A stretch of 64,000 nucleotides of DNA from an uncultured Trueperaceae bacterium (GTDB taxonomy: Bacteria; Deinococcota; Deinococci; Deinococcales; Trueperaceae): NCBI GenBank assembly GCA_963799485.1, contig CAWCXJ010000013.1, positions 224,001-288,000 on the forward strand, read 5' to 3'. Below the pieces are notes generated by a model, which was not told the origin of the DNA, ran no database searches, and saw only the letters and a list, made by a program, of their open reading frames with translations. Numbering within the stretch: position 1 is the stretch's first letter; each line of letters opens with the position of its first letter. The position numbers and the translations under genes are program-made. This document shows positions 1-8,579 of this stretch, one piece after another.

Positions 1-2
1 GC

Positions 3-641
3 TGGCAACTCGTAGAGGCCGAGTCCGGTACCCTTACGGGTGGTGAAGTCGTCACGCCGGAGAGCGCCTGGAACGGTGAAGGGTCGTGGAGTGGCGGCGC
101 GTATGTGACGCTCTCCCCGGGTGGGCGGCTGGGGCTGGAGCTCGCATTGCCCGAGGCCGGACGTTACGCCGTCCTGCCGGTTTTCGAGCAGCAACCCGTG
201 CTCCGTTTTGCGACGGGTGCAGAGCTTGCTTTGGGAGAACAAGCCTATACGCTCTGGTTAGGCGGCGCGGGCGACCCCGGCGTGTCGCCGAACGCGGGTT
301 TGCTCACGGTGGCGCTGGCGGACGCCAGGGGCACCGTAAAACCGCTGAACGCAGGTGCGGTACCGCTGAACGTTTCTACAACCGGCAAGTCTGCCAAGCT
401 CGACGCTTTTTTAGTCCGGCCCGAGGTCGCGCGCCTCGAGCTTTCCGGAAGCACCCGGCAAACCTTGCTGCAGAGCTTCGCCCCGCAGCGGCGGGTACTC
501 GAGCTTGCGTTTTCCGGGGATAGGGCTAGGGGTTACGTTTACGATGAAACGGGCGCGCTGACAGAAACGGTTTTGGGGCGGGGTGGACGAGTACGTGTGC
601 CTGTCGTGGCGGGTGGCTTCAGCTACGTCTCGTCACCCTAG
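3..641 (+). CDS. 5'-truncated hypothetical protein, C-terminal region with a possible CBM/galactose-binding-like beta-sandwich
   Basis: The frame of ORF 105..641 is open back to nt 3 (WQLVEAESGTLTGGEVVTPESAWNGEGSWSGGAYVTL...). The xEAEsg motif and beta-strand pattern are typical of CBM6/35-like modules. Confidence 0.55.
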   Translation, partial: WQLVEAESGTLTGGEVVTPESAWNGEGSWSGGAYVTLSPGGRLGLELALPEAGRYAVLPVFEQQPVLRFATGAELALGEQAYTLWLGGAGDPGVSPNAGLLTVALADARGTVKPLNAGAVPLNVSTTGKSAKLDAFLVRPEVARLELSGSTRQTLLQSFAPQRRVLELAFSGDRARGYVYDETGALTETVLGRGGRVRVPVVAGGFSYVSSP

Positions 642-658
642 CGCATAAAGTGCAAAAG

Positions 659-690
659 AAACCCGGAGCCAATTAACAGCTCCGGGTTTT
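659..690. terminator. Bidirectional intrinsic terminator
   Basis: AAACCCGGAGC-9 nt loop-GCTCCGGGTTT hairpin with A/T tails, between the convergent CDS and the tRNA 3' end. Confidence 0.8.
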
Positions 691-767
691 TGGTCGGGGC
701 GAGAAGATTTGAACTTCCGACCCCGTCGTCCCGAACGACGTGCGCTACCAGGCTGCGCTACGCCCCG
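691..767 (-). tRNA. tRNA-Pro(CGG)
   Basis: Reverse complement CGGGGCGTAGCGCAGCCTGGTAGCGCACGTCGTTCGGGACGACGGGGTCGGAAGTTCAAATCTTCTCGCCCCGACCA: 77 nt cloverleaf, anticodon CGG, T-loop GTTCAAAT, encoded CCA. Confidence 0.97.
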
Positions 768-779
768 ACGCAAGAGCTT

Positions 780-809
780 AGTCTACAAAAGCGCGGGCGC
801 GGGCGTCAA
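780..809 (-). promoter_or_regulatory. sigma70-type promoter of tRNA-Pro
   Basis: Minus strand TTGACG-18 nt-TAGACT just upstream of the tRNA 5' end. Confidence 0.65.
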
Positions 810-821
810 GCCGCGTTGAAG

Positions 822-1175
822 CTAAAAGGCGGGCAAGAGCGGCGTCGCAAGAAGTCGCCCCGAGGCAATCTGCACGCCGACTAAAACGAGCACCAAAACG
901 CCGACCCAGGCTCCGATAACCACCTTGCGGTTTTGATTCCGCGCGACCCCGTGGGCGAGCCCAATCGCCGCAATCATAAACACCGGGTGCCAGACCGAGA
1001 CCTGCCGCCCCGACACGGCGTAAAGGATAAGTCCGATCAGCACGTTGATGTCGAGCAGCACCGGGGCAATTCGCTGCAACGCGCCGCGCCGCCGAATGGC
1101 AAACCAGACCAGCGCGATGATGGGGACAAGTTGTAAAAACTGGCCGTAGTAGTTGTGGATGTTGTAAAGCGCCAT
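822..1175 (-). CDS. Small integral membrane protein (about 4 TM)
   Basis: 117 aa with four hydrophobic segments. GGAGG RBS upstream of the ATG. Confidence 0.75.
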   Translation of the reverse strand: MALYNIHNYYGQFLQLVPIIALVWFAIRRRGALQRIAPVLLDINVLIGLILYAVSGRQVSVWHPVFMIAAIGLAHGVARNQNRKVVIGAWVGVLVLVLVGVQIASGRLLATPLLPAF

Positions 1176-1420
1176 AAAACCTCCAAGTAGAGGCGACTAT
1201 AACGCGCTTTGGTTCGGCCTGAGCAGAGTTAAATGTCCTTATACGGGATTAGGCACTACCGTGCTATTCGGGAAACGTCAAAAGGCTGTGTTGAGATGTC
1301 CAAGGCAAGGTAACTTCTAGTGAGCTTTTTGTAGCCTCGCGGTAAGTCACAACCGTTTTGTCGTTTCAGCATAGAAGGAGGCACGGGTCGTTTAGGGGCC
1401 CGAGACAGGGGGAGACGAAG

Positions 1421-1768
1421 ATGATTAATTCAAAAGCGCTGAGTTTACCCGGCGTTCGCACAACCTGCAAAAGCTACACCTCGCTGATTGTCGCAGCGCC
1501 GCGCGCCGAACTCGAGGCCCACCCCACCGAGTACCGTTTGCACGTCGCCCTGCCGGGGGTCGTGCGACACACTATCGGGGCCTGGGTCAAAGCCGACACG
1601 TTGGTCGTCAGCGGCGCGTGGGAGGGTGCCGGGCCGGACGCGGCGGTGCTTTTCGGCAACGTTTACCGGGCCGTATTTTTGCCGGACGACGCCGTGCCTG
1701 CGCTGCTCGCGGTAAGTCTCTGTGCCGGGACGCTGCAAGTTACTGTGCCGCGCCGCCCATCTCGCTGA
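1421..1768 (+). CDS. Hsp20/alpha-crystallin domain protein (divergent)
   Basis: Motifs ELEAHPTEYRLHVALPGV, LVVSG, GNVYRAVFLP and GTLQVTVPR match the Hsp20 pattern. ATG at 1421 follows GGGGGAG. Confidence 0.7.
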   Translation: MINSKALSLPGVRTTCKSYTSLIVAAPRAELEAHPTEYRLHVALPGVVRHTIGAWVKADTLVVSGAWEGAGPDAAVLFGNVYRAVFLPDDAVPALLAVSLCAGTLQVTVPRRPSR

Positions 1769-1787
1769 ACACACGGTTTACGCGCTG

Positions 1788-4115
1788 CTACGTTACTAGC
1801 TGCACCTTCGTGATCACAAAACGGCTCTCCGGCAAAGCGGGCATCTGCGTGAGGTCTACTGTAAGGTTTTGCGGCGGCACTTCGTAGCCGACACGCTTCG
1901 TCAGCACTTCAACTGCCTCTTTCATCAGGGCAATCGTCAGCCATTCGCCCGCGCAGCGGTGGTTGAGGTAGTGGTCGCCGCCGCCTTGCGGAATCAGCGT
2001 ATAGGGGTCGCCCGGCCAGTCTATGAAGCGTTCGGGTCTAAACACTTCGGGCTCGTCCCACAGTGCGGGGTCGTGGTTCGTGCCGTAAAGGTCTAGCAGC
2101 GTGCGCGTGCCCCCCTCAAAACGGAGGCCGCGCCACGTAAAAGTGTGTTTGACACGGGCAGCGGCAAACGGGAAAAACGGATAAAAACGCCGGACTTCCT
2201 GGACGAAGGGCTCGAGGACACCCTCATCGTTCCGCAACCGCTCACGCCACTCGGGATAATCGTGCAGCGCCAGAGCGCAAAAGACGAAATAACGGGCGAC
2301 GGCGACGGTCGGGCGGACGACGTTGAGCAGCTCCACAGCGGCGACGTGTTCGTCTAGCTGTTTGCCGCTCAAGTCGCGGTAGTTGGCGACGCGCTCCAAA
2401 GCCGAACCAGCAGGCGGGTTCACCTCGCCGCGCCGCGTCTTTTGGGTGAGCGCGCCGAGCCAGCGTTCGGCGTCGTGTCGGGCGAGCCGTCCCTCCAGGT
2501 AGTGCGGGCCGAGCGCCGCCGCCGCTGAGATCAAGTCGGCCATTTCACCCGTGCGCCTAGCGACCTCGTCTTCTGCCAGGGGCACCCCCGCCCACGTACA
2601 CGCTGCCCGGAAAAGCAGCTCCATCGTCTCGTCGAACAGCGAGACCTGCTCTGCACCTGTCCACTTCTCGGCGTAGTGGCGCCACTGCTCCGCGCTCAGG
2701 CCGACGATGCGCCCGAGTTCATCGGGCGTCATCAGCGCCATAAACATCGCCTTGCGGTGCTTGTGCGCTTCCCCGTCGAGTCCTTGAACCCCGCCTTGAC
2801 CGAAGAGCGTCTGCGTCAACCGCTTCGGCGCGGCTCCGGCGCGTTTGAAACGCTCGCGGTCGTAAAAGAGTTCGGCCGCGCCGCGCCCACGCATACAGAT
2901 GGTTTTTTGCAGGAGCAGCCGGGTCTCGAACACATCGGTCTCGAGTTCTTGGCAGCGCTTTGAAATAAAGGTGTACCCTTCACTGAGCAGGGCGAGCGAA
3001 CTGTCTAGACCCTCGGTGCGGGGCATAGCTTGTACTCCGGCGTCAGCGACATCGTTGTTGACGACCGTATGAACGGCTTTGGGTGAATACGCCTCCGGGT
3101 CGGACCAAAATGCGTTAAGCACCTCGGCGGTACGCTCCGGCATTTCAAACTGCGGCAGCCCGCGCGACGGTCTAAGCATTACTGCGCGCACGTTTTCGTT
3201 CGCGGTGAGCAGCTCCGGCAGCCGCTCGAAACTCACAAACGCGTCTTGGTCGTAAATGATCAGGGTCGGCACCGCGAGCTGCTCGTAGTAGTGTTTCCTG
3301 ACGTTCGGCGTAAACAGCTTGCCACTGATAAAGGTGAGCGGTGCGTGTTCGGCGCCCGGCTGGTGCGAGCTGAGGTAGCTGTAGTCGGCAAGCTCGCGGG
3401 GCACCTCACCGACAAAGCTCGCCCCTAAAAAGTAGCGGATGCTGGCGGGCGTAGCGATAAGGTCGTAAAACGCCCGCGCCCAAAGGGGTTGCGAAGCGAC
3501 TTTGTAAAACGTGTCGTTGCCGCCCTCTTTGCCTGCCTTGTCCGACGCCCGCGCCTCGCGTTTGGTGTTGAGACCCGTTGGGGAGATAAGTGCGAGCGAG
3601 TTAAAGCGCTCCGGAGCCTGCCGCGCTGCCCGCGCTACGAATTCGCTGCTGAGAGAAAGCGCGACCACATCGGCGGGGCTGCCTAGCTGCGTTTCCAGAA
3701 ACTCGAGTATCGCCGCCGTAAACAGCTCAGGCGTGTAGGCTTTTTTGAGGCGGTCTGAAAACCCGAAACCGGGCAGCTCGAGGGCGTACACGGGCCGGCC
3801 CCGGTAAAGCTCAAAAAGCGGCTTCATCTCGAAGGCGCTGGCGGCGGCGTTGACGCTGTGAATGAGAACTAGTGGTGTGTCCCCTGATTTAGCGCCGTTC
3901 GTGTCGCCGTTCGTATTGCGGTAGTAATTGAGGCGTCCCGCTGCGCGCGTGTAGAAGTCGGTCTTTGCCCCGCCTAAAGCCGGGGGCAGGTCGGCGTCGT
4001 GGTCGATACCCAGCTGGCTGTACAGCCACCAAGCCCCTGCTGCTGCGAAAGCTGAACCTGCCAGAAGGCCTGCGCCCCCAAGTACCGTTTTTGTGATGGA
4101 TTTGGTTGTACGCAT
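1788..4115 (-). CDS. Alpha/beta-hydrolase fold fused to cytochrome P450 CYP152 (fatty-acid peroxygenase)
   Basis: N-terminal half: PLVLIHS, YALELPGFGFSDR, VVALSLS, PTLII. C-terminal half is CYP152A1-like: LDSSLALLSEGYTFI, TLFGQGGVQGLDG, ELLNVVRPTVA (Arg-Pro), QEVRRFYPF, GTNHDP, HRCAGE heme Cys. No stop codon between the domains. Confidence 0.9.
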   Translation of the reverse strand: MRTTKSITKTVLGGAGLLAGSAFAAAGAWWLYSQLGIDHDADLPPALGGAKTDFYTRAAGRLNYYRNTNGDTNGAKSGDTPLVLIHSVNAAASAFEMKPLFELYRGRPVYALELPGFGFSDRLKKAYTPELFTAAILEFLETQLGSPADVVALSLSSEFVARAARQAPERFNSLALISPTGLNTKREARASDKAGKEGGNDTFYKVASQPLWARAFYDLIATPASIRYFLGASFVGEVPRELADYSYLSSHQPGAEHAPLTFISGKLFTPNVRKHYYEQLAVPTLIIYDQDAFVSFERLPELLTANENVRAVMLRPSRGLPQFEMPERTAEVLNAFWSDPEAYSPKAVHTVVNNDVADAGVQAMPRTEGLDSSLALLSEGYTFISKRCQELETDVFETRLLLQKTICMRGRGAAELFYDRERFKRAGAAPKRLTQTLFGQGGVQGLDGEAHKHRKAMFMALMTPDELGRIVGLSAEQWRHYAEKWTGAEQVSLFDETMELLFRAACTWAGVPLAEDEVARRTGEMADLISAAAALGPHYLEGRLARHDAERWLGALTQKTRRGEVNPPAGSALERVANYRDLSGKQLDEHVAAVELLNVVRPTVAVARYFVFCALALHDYPEWRERLRNDEGVLEPFVQEVRRFYPFFPFAAARVKHTFTWRGLRFEGGTRTLLDLYGTNHDPALWDEPEVFRPERFIDWPGDPYTLIPQGGGDHYLNHRCAGEWLTIALMKEAVEVLTKRVGYEVPPQNLTVDLTQMPALPESRFVITKVQLVT

Positions 4116-4183
4116 CTTTGTCTCCCCTGGTCCAAGTGTGCCTCAGCAAAGATTTCCTAACCGGAGTCGGGGCTAAGTTTTTG

Positions 4184-4199
4184 GCAACAACGTTGTTGC
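4184..4199. promoter_or_regulatory. Perfect 16-bp palindrome, candidate operator
   Basis: GCAACAACGTTGTTGC, about 70 nt upstream of the hydrolase-P450 gene, in the divergent intergenic region. Confidence 0.5.
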
Positions 4200-4510
4200 G
4201 TAGATTGTCCGAACGACCCAGCTTCAGAGGGTATACGCACAGCCTGATCGCTCGTGTTTTGGAACCTGCTACTTGACGATAGGACCTGTCGAGAGTGTTG
4301 CCCGTAGTGAGAAGGGCAGCGACTCGTTTTACGATTGCACTCAGCCAAAGTGCATTTTGCGGGTTCAGTGGGGTGCCTTTACGGTAGCCGTGACAGCTTG
4401 TATCCGGGCAACGCAACCGGACTGGTGATCATCGCGCTCGCCGCGACCGGCTATATTTACGCGGCGAAAGAAAGCTGAGACGTTAGGTTGAGAAGACGTT
4501 AGAGTAAACC

Positions 4511-5548
4511 ATGAAGCTTTTACGGCGTGTTCCCGAGTGGGTGTGGCGCAAACTCGACGACGCGCTACCGAACTTGAGTCAAGCCGAGCAGAACGAAACG
4601 CTTACGGCGATGCGCGGGCGCGCCCTGGCGACCGTGGACTTTTACGCGCTGATGGTGCTCTCGGCAAGTATCGCTTTTTTGGGTTTACGGCAAAACAGCA
4701 GCGCAGTTGTAATCGGCGCAATGCTCGTTGCCCCGCTGATGAGTCCCATTATGGCGATGGGCTTCGGCGTGGTGACGGGCTATCCGCGTCTTTTCCGGCG
4801 GGCGGCGGCCTCGACACTGGCAGGTATTGTCGCTGCAGTCGGCACGGCGGCGCTGCTTGCGTTTCTTATTCCCTCGAAAGTTCCGACGGCTGAGATTCTG
4901 GCGAGGGCTACCCCTAACTTGCTCGACCTGATGGTCGCGCTCGTCTCCGGGGCGGCGGGCGCTTACGCGACGTGCCGTAAAGAGCTGGCGTCGTCACTAC
5001 CGGGGGTAGCGATTGCCGTGGCGCTGGTGCCGCCTCTCTGTGTGGTCGGTTACGGCTTGGGCGCGGGCCATTTTGATATCGCGCAGGGCGCAGCGCTGCT
5101 GTTTGCCACCAACCTGGCGTCTATTGTCTTAGCTGGTATCGCCGTTTTCTGGCTGTTGGGGTTTCGCCCCTTAAACGAAACGGATTTGCCGAGCTTTCGG
5201 CGCAGCCTCCGCTGGTCTATCTTGGGCGTCGTGCTGCTGACGCTGCCACTTGGTTACGTGTCTTATTTGCAGATTCGGGAAGCGAACACGCAGGCCGCCG
5301 TCGAGCAGATTTTAACCGGCGATTTGGACCCCGCAAAACTCGAGCTGGAAAATATCACCATCACCTCGTCCGGCGAGGCTTACGTGGTGGGTTTTACGGC
5401 TTATGTTTACGGAGAAACGGACGGTGCGGCGAACGTCGGGGAGCTTCAAAGGCGGCTCGAGGGCGTTGTCGGTGGGCCGGTGACGCTCAGGGCGCGGGTC
5501 GTTCCTGCGGAGCTTGGCGTTGTAGGCAGGGTGGGCTCGAGCAGATAA
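4511..5548 (+). CDS. DUF389 / TIGR00341-type membrane protein
   Basis: NSSAVVIGAMLVAPLMSPI, EILARATPNLLDL and LPGVAIAVALVPPL motifs. Confidence 0.9.
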   Translation: MKLLRRVPEWVWRKLDDALPNLSQAEQNETLTAMRGRALATVDFYALMVLSASIAFLGLRQNSSAVVIGAMLVAPLMSPIMAMGFGVVTGYPRLFRRAAASTLAGIVAAVGTAALLAFLIPSKVPTAEILARATPNLLDLMVALVSGAAGAYATCRKELASSLPGVAIAVALVPPLCVVGYGLGAGHFDIAQGAALLFATNLASIVLAGIAVFWLLGFRPLNETDLPSFRRSLRWSILGVVLLTLPLGYVSYLQIREANTQAAVEQILTGDLDPAKLELENITITSSGEAYVVGFTAYVYGETDGAANVGELQRRLEGVVGGPVTLRARVVPAELGVVGRVGSSR

Positions 5549-5617
5549 TATCCTGTAACGCCGATATAAGGGCGGCTCGAGTCGCCACCTCAACACTACT
5601 TGTTAGTCGTCTGATTG

Positions 5618-6088
5618 TTAATCGTCTGAGAAGGTCTGCGCGAGCGCCCCCCGCACCACCTCGAGCGGAAACCCCCGCCGCGCCAAAAACGCATACGCTT
5701 TGGCGTAGCGTTCACGCGGTTCACCCTTCCAGCGCCATAAGTTTTTTTCAGCCAGCGCCAGAGCATTCTCCAACTGGGTAGCTTCGTCCAGCTCACCCAC
5801 AGCTTTATCGACGAGCGGTTCCGCCACACCTTTACGAAAGAGCTCCTGCCGTAACCGAATCGCCCCTTTGTTGCGGCTGCGCGACCGCACGAACGCTTCG
5901 GCGTAAAGTGCGTCGTCTACCAGTTTTAGCTCCACAAGTTTGGCGATTACCCTTGTAACGGTGTCTTCGGTAGCGCCTTTGCGGGTGAGTTTGTCTTTCA
6001 GCTGCCCCGTCGTGTACGCCTGCCGCCCCAAAAGCCAGAGCGCGTAGTTCCAGGCGCGCTTGTAGGGGTATTCAGGCGTCTCATTCAT
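5618..6088 (-). CDS. recX: Regulatory protein RecX
   Basis: ALWLLGRQAYT, LVDDALYAEAFVR, KGAIRLRQELFRKGV and FLARRGF repeats. Confidence 0.9.
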   Translation of the reverse strand: MNETPEYPYKRAWNYALWLLGRQAYTTGQLKDKLTRKGATEDTVTRVIAKLVELKLVDDALYAEAFVRSRSRNKGAIRLRQELFRKGVAEPLVDKAVGELDEATQLENALALAEKNLWRWKGEPRERYAKAYAFLARRGFPLEVVRGALAQTFSDD

Positions 6089-7309
6089 CTATCTGAAAAA
6101 CTGTCCGATAAGCTGTGGCAGCGTGAGGTAGTTGCCCAAAGCCCCGCCGATACTCGTCAGGAAGAAGATCAAAAAGATACGCGCGACCTTGTTGCGCCAC
6201 CAGCCGCGCGTTTCGGTGATGTCCTGACGCAACCGGGCAAAGTCGCCCATCTGCGGTTTACGGAGCCACAACTCGGCGGCTCCGGCGATCATCCCGACGC
6301 CCAAAGTCGGGCTGAGTGTCCCGATAGGTGCGCCCAGAAATGTCGCCAGCACGGTAAGTGGGTGCGCCAGCGCAATAATCGCCCCGAGTGCGGCAAGCCC
6401 GCCGTTTAGGAGCAGCCAGCGGGTGACGAGTTGCAGGCCGACTTCCGGGCTTTGGAGAAAGGCCAGGGCGAAGCCGAGGAGAAAAAAAGCAATCAGTCCC
6501 CACGACAAAATCTGACCCCACGGCGCGCCTTTGGGAATCATCGTGAGGCTCGCCAGTTCTTCCGCTGCTGGGACGGTCGGGGGGGTGCCCAGCCTCGAGC
6601 TTAACCCTTTCAGATGCCCCGCCCCGATCACCACCAAGACTTTTTTATACGGTTTTGCAGCGGTTTCTTCACGCAGCCGCGCCGCCATATAGTGGTCACG
6701 CTCTTCTATAAGCGGGGTAAAAAGTTCCCCTTCTTTATCGGAAAATTCAGAGAAAGTCGCTTCTAAAACGTCCCCTTCTTTGAGTTTTTCAATCTCTTCG
6801 GGCGTGACCTCTTCGTGGCTCACGACGCTGCCCATCAGCCCCGCAAGGAGCGTCATGCGTTTCCAAAAGCCGACGTTGGCGTAAACGCGCCGGAGTGTGA
6901 CGCCGATGTCGCGGTCGATTAAAAGAACGGGCAAGCCCAGCTCACCGGCAACCCGGAGGGCGCGCCGCATCTCTTCCCCCGGTTCGATACCGGACTGCTC
7001 GGCTAACCGCTGCTGATAAGCACCCAAAGCCAGGTTCGCCGCCATCATCGCGGCTTTACCTTCACGCAAGACCTGAAACAAGTCGGTTTTGGCCCAGCGG
7101 TCGGGGTCGGACAGGGCGGCGTGACGACCGGGGTCGAGTTCTAGAGCTACCGCGTCGTACTCGCCGGTGCGGAGCAGGCGTTCGACCGCTTCGGCGCTCG
7201 TTCTAGACACGTGCGCGGTGCCGAGCAGCGTAAGTTCGGTGTCGTTGACGGTACTTTCGCGCGTGGGTTGCGTTACCGCCGAGGATACTGCAGGCGCGTC
7301 AGTAGTCAT
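6089..7309 (-). CDS. TraB/PrgY family protein with C-terminal TM region
   Basis: LLGTAHVS, VALELD, PGEEMR, LIDRDIGVTLRR, ERDHYMA and VVIGAGH motifs. Start set at ATG 7309. Confidence 0.88.
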   Translation of the reverse strand: MTTDAPAVSSAVTQPTRESTVNDTELTLLGTAHVSRTSAEAVERLLRTGEYDAVALELDPGRHAALSDPDRWAKTDLFQVLREGKAAMMAANLALGAYQQRLAEQSGIEPGEEMRRALRVAGELGLPVLLIDRDIGVTLRRVYANVGFWKRMTLLAGLMGSVVSHEEVTPEEIEKLKEGDVLEATFSEFSDKEGELFTPLIEERDHYMAARLREETAAKPYKKVLVVIGAGHLKGLSSRLGTPPTVPAAEELASLTMIPKGAPWGQILSWGLIAFFLLGFALAFLQSPEVGLQLVTRWLLLNGGLAALGAIIALAHPLTVLATFLGAPIGTLSPTLGVGMIAGAAELWLRKPQMGDFARLRQDITETRGWWRNKVARIFLIFFLTSIGGALGNYLTLPQLIGQFFR

Positions 7310-7403
7310 CGCTTGACCTATAGGTATTTGGAGAAGTGGAGACAAACACACGTCACTGTACCCGTTCTAAATGAACGCCTGCCTATACCTGCCACAAACG
7401 TCC

Positions 7404-8579
7404 CTAACGCAAAATCTCCGCCGGGTCGAGCCGCCCTGCCCGCCGCGCCGGTAATAGCGCCGCCACGACGCTCGTGCCGAGTGAGAGCGCACACACCCAG
7501 ATAAAGTCCCACGGCTGGAGTTCGACGGGGAGCTGGGTGATGAAGTAGAGGTCGCCGGGGAGCGGATACGGCTGAAACTTGAAGTACAAGCTGAGGCCGA
7601 GGCCCAGAAGTGCACCCAAAACGGTGCCGCCGCCGCCTAAAATCAGTCCTTCGGTCGTAAACACGGCTAAAACTTGCCGCTCGGACGCGCCGATGGCCCG
7701 CAAAATCGCAATCTCTTCGGTTTTTTCGGCGACGGTCAAGATTAAAATATTGGCAATACCCATGGCGGCGACCAGGACGATTAAAAAGACGACCACGCCG
7801 ATGAGCGTTTTTTGCAGCTCGAGCTGCCGTACCAAACCCCCAAAAAGACTCTGCCACGGCGTCGCCCACAAGCCGGTTTCGTTGGCTAAGGTCTGCGCGA
7901 AGGTTTCCGCTGTCTGCGGGTCGGCGAGCCGGACGTGATAGCCGCTGATCTCGCCCTCGGCACCCAAATAATTTTGTAGCGTCGGAATCGACGTGTAAGA
8001 CAACGCACCGTCGATAATCTCGTTGCCGACGCGGAAAGTCCCGGCAACGGGAAAGCTCGTGCGGCTACGGTTGATATCGACCAAAAGCACCGTGTCCCCG
8101 CTGGCGACGCCCAGCTTAAGAGCGAGGCTACTCCCCAGGATGATACCGCCCGCGGAGAGCGCCTCTGCCTGCTGCTCTAAAACCGTCAGGTCTAAAACCT
8201 CTTGTTCCCGATTCGGGTCGATCCCCAAAACCTGCGTGTAGCCTTGTGCGCCGGAAATCCCGGCGGTGGCGTCGGCGCGGCGGGCGATCAAAGCTTGCGC
8301 GGAGAGGTACGGGGCCGCCGCGACGACGCCGGGGAGTTCTTCGATACGTTTTAAGACGGCAGGGTCGTTCGTAAGCGGTGCGTTGTCATAAGCTGCCAGC
8401 GAGATGTGCGGGGTGGCCTCCAAGGTGCTGCTGATCAGCTCGTCGATAAACCCGTTCGTCAGCGACAGCGCCGTAATCAAGACCATCACCCCGACGGCGA
8501 CGCCGAGGAGCGTCAGGCTGCTCTGCAGGGCGCGGCGGCGGATATGACGCAGGGCTAGAAAAAGCACAAAGTGCTTCAT
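7404..8579 (-). CDS. ABC transporter permease, LolC/LolE (MacB/FtsX) family
   Basis: GVAVGVMVLITALSLTNGF, VAEKTEEIAILRAIGAS and PARRAGRLDPAEILR motifs. Confidence 0.9.
   Translation of the reverse strand: MKHFVLFLALRHIRRRALQSSLTLLGVAVGVMVLITALSLTNGFIDELISSTLEATPHISLAAYDNAPLTNDPAVLKRIEELPGVVAAAPYLSAQALIARRADATAGISGAQGYTQVLGIDPNREQEVLDLTVLEQQAEALSAGGIILGSSLALKLGVASGDTVLLVDINRSRTSFPVAGTFRVGNEIIDGALSYTSIPTLQNYLGAEGEISGYHVRLADPQTAETFAQTLANETGLWATPWQSLFGGLVRQLELQKTLIGVVVFLIVLVAAMGIANILILTVAEKTEEIAILRAIGASERQVLAVFTTEGLILGGGGTVLGALLGLGLSLYFKFQPYPLPGDLYFITQLPVELQPWDFIWVCALSLGTSVVAALLPARRAGRLDPAEILR

Noticed and set aside
691..767. tRNA-Pro as an integration site (attL/attR)
   Set aside because: There is no adjacent integrase, and I saw no duplicated tRNA 3' end in the window.
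3889..4416. 175-aa minus-strand ORF upstream of the P450 fusion
   Set aside because: It overlaps the fusion gene out of frame, has no recognisable motif and is likely spurious.
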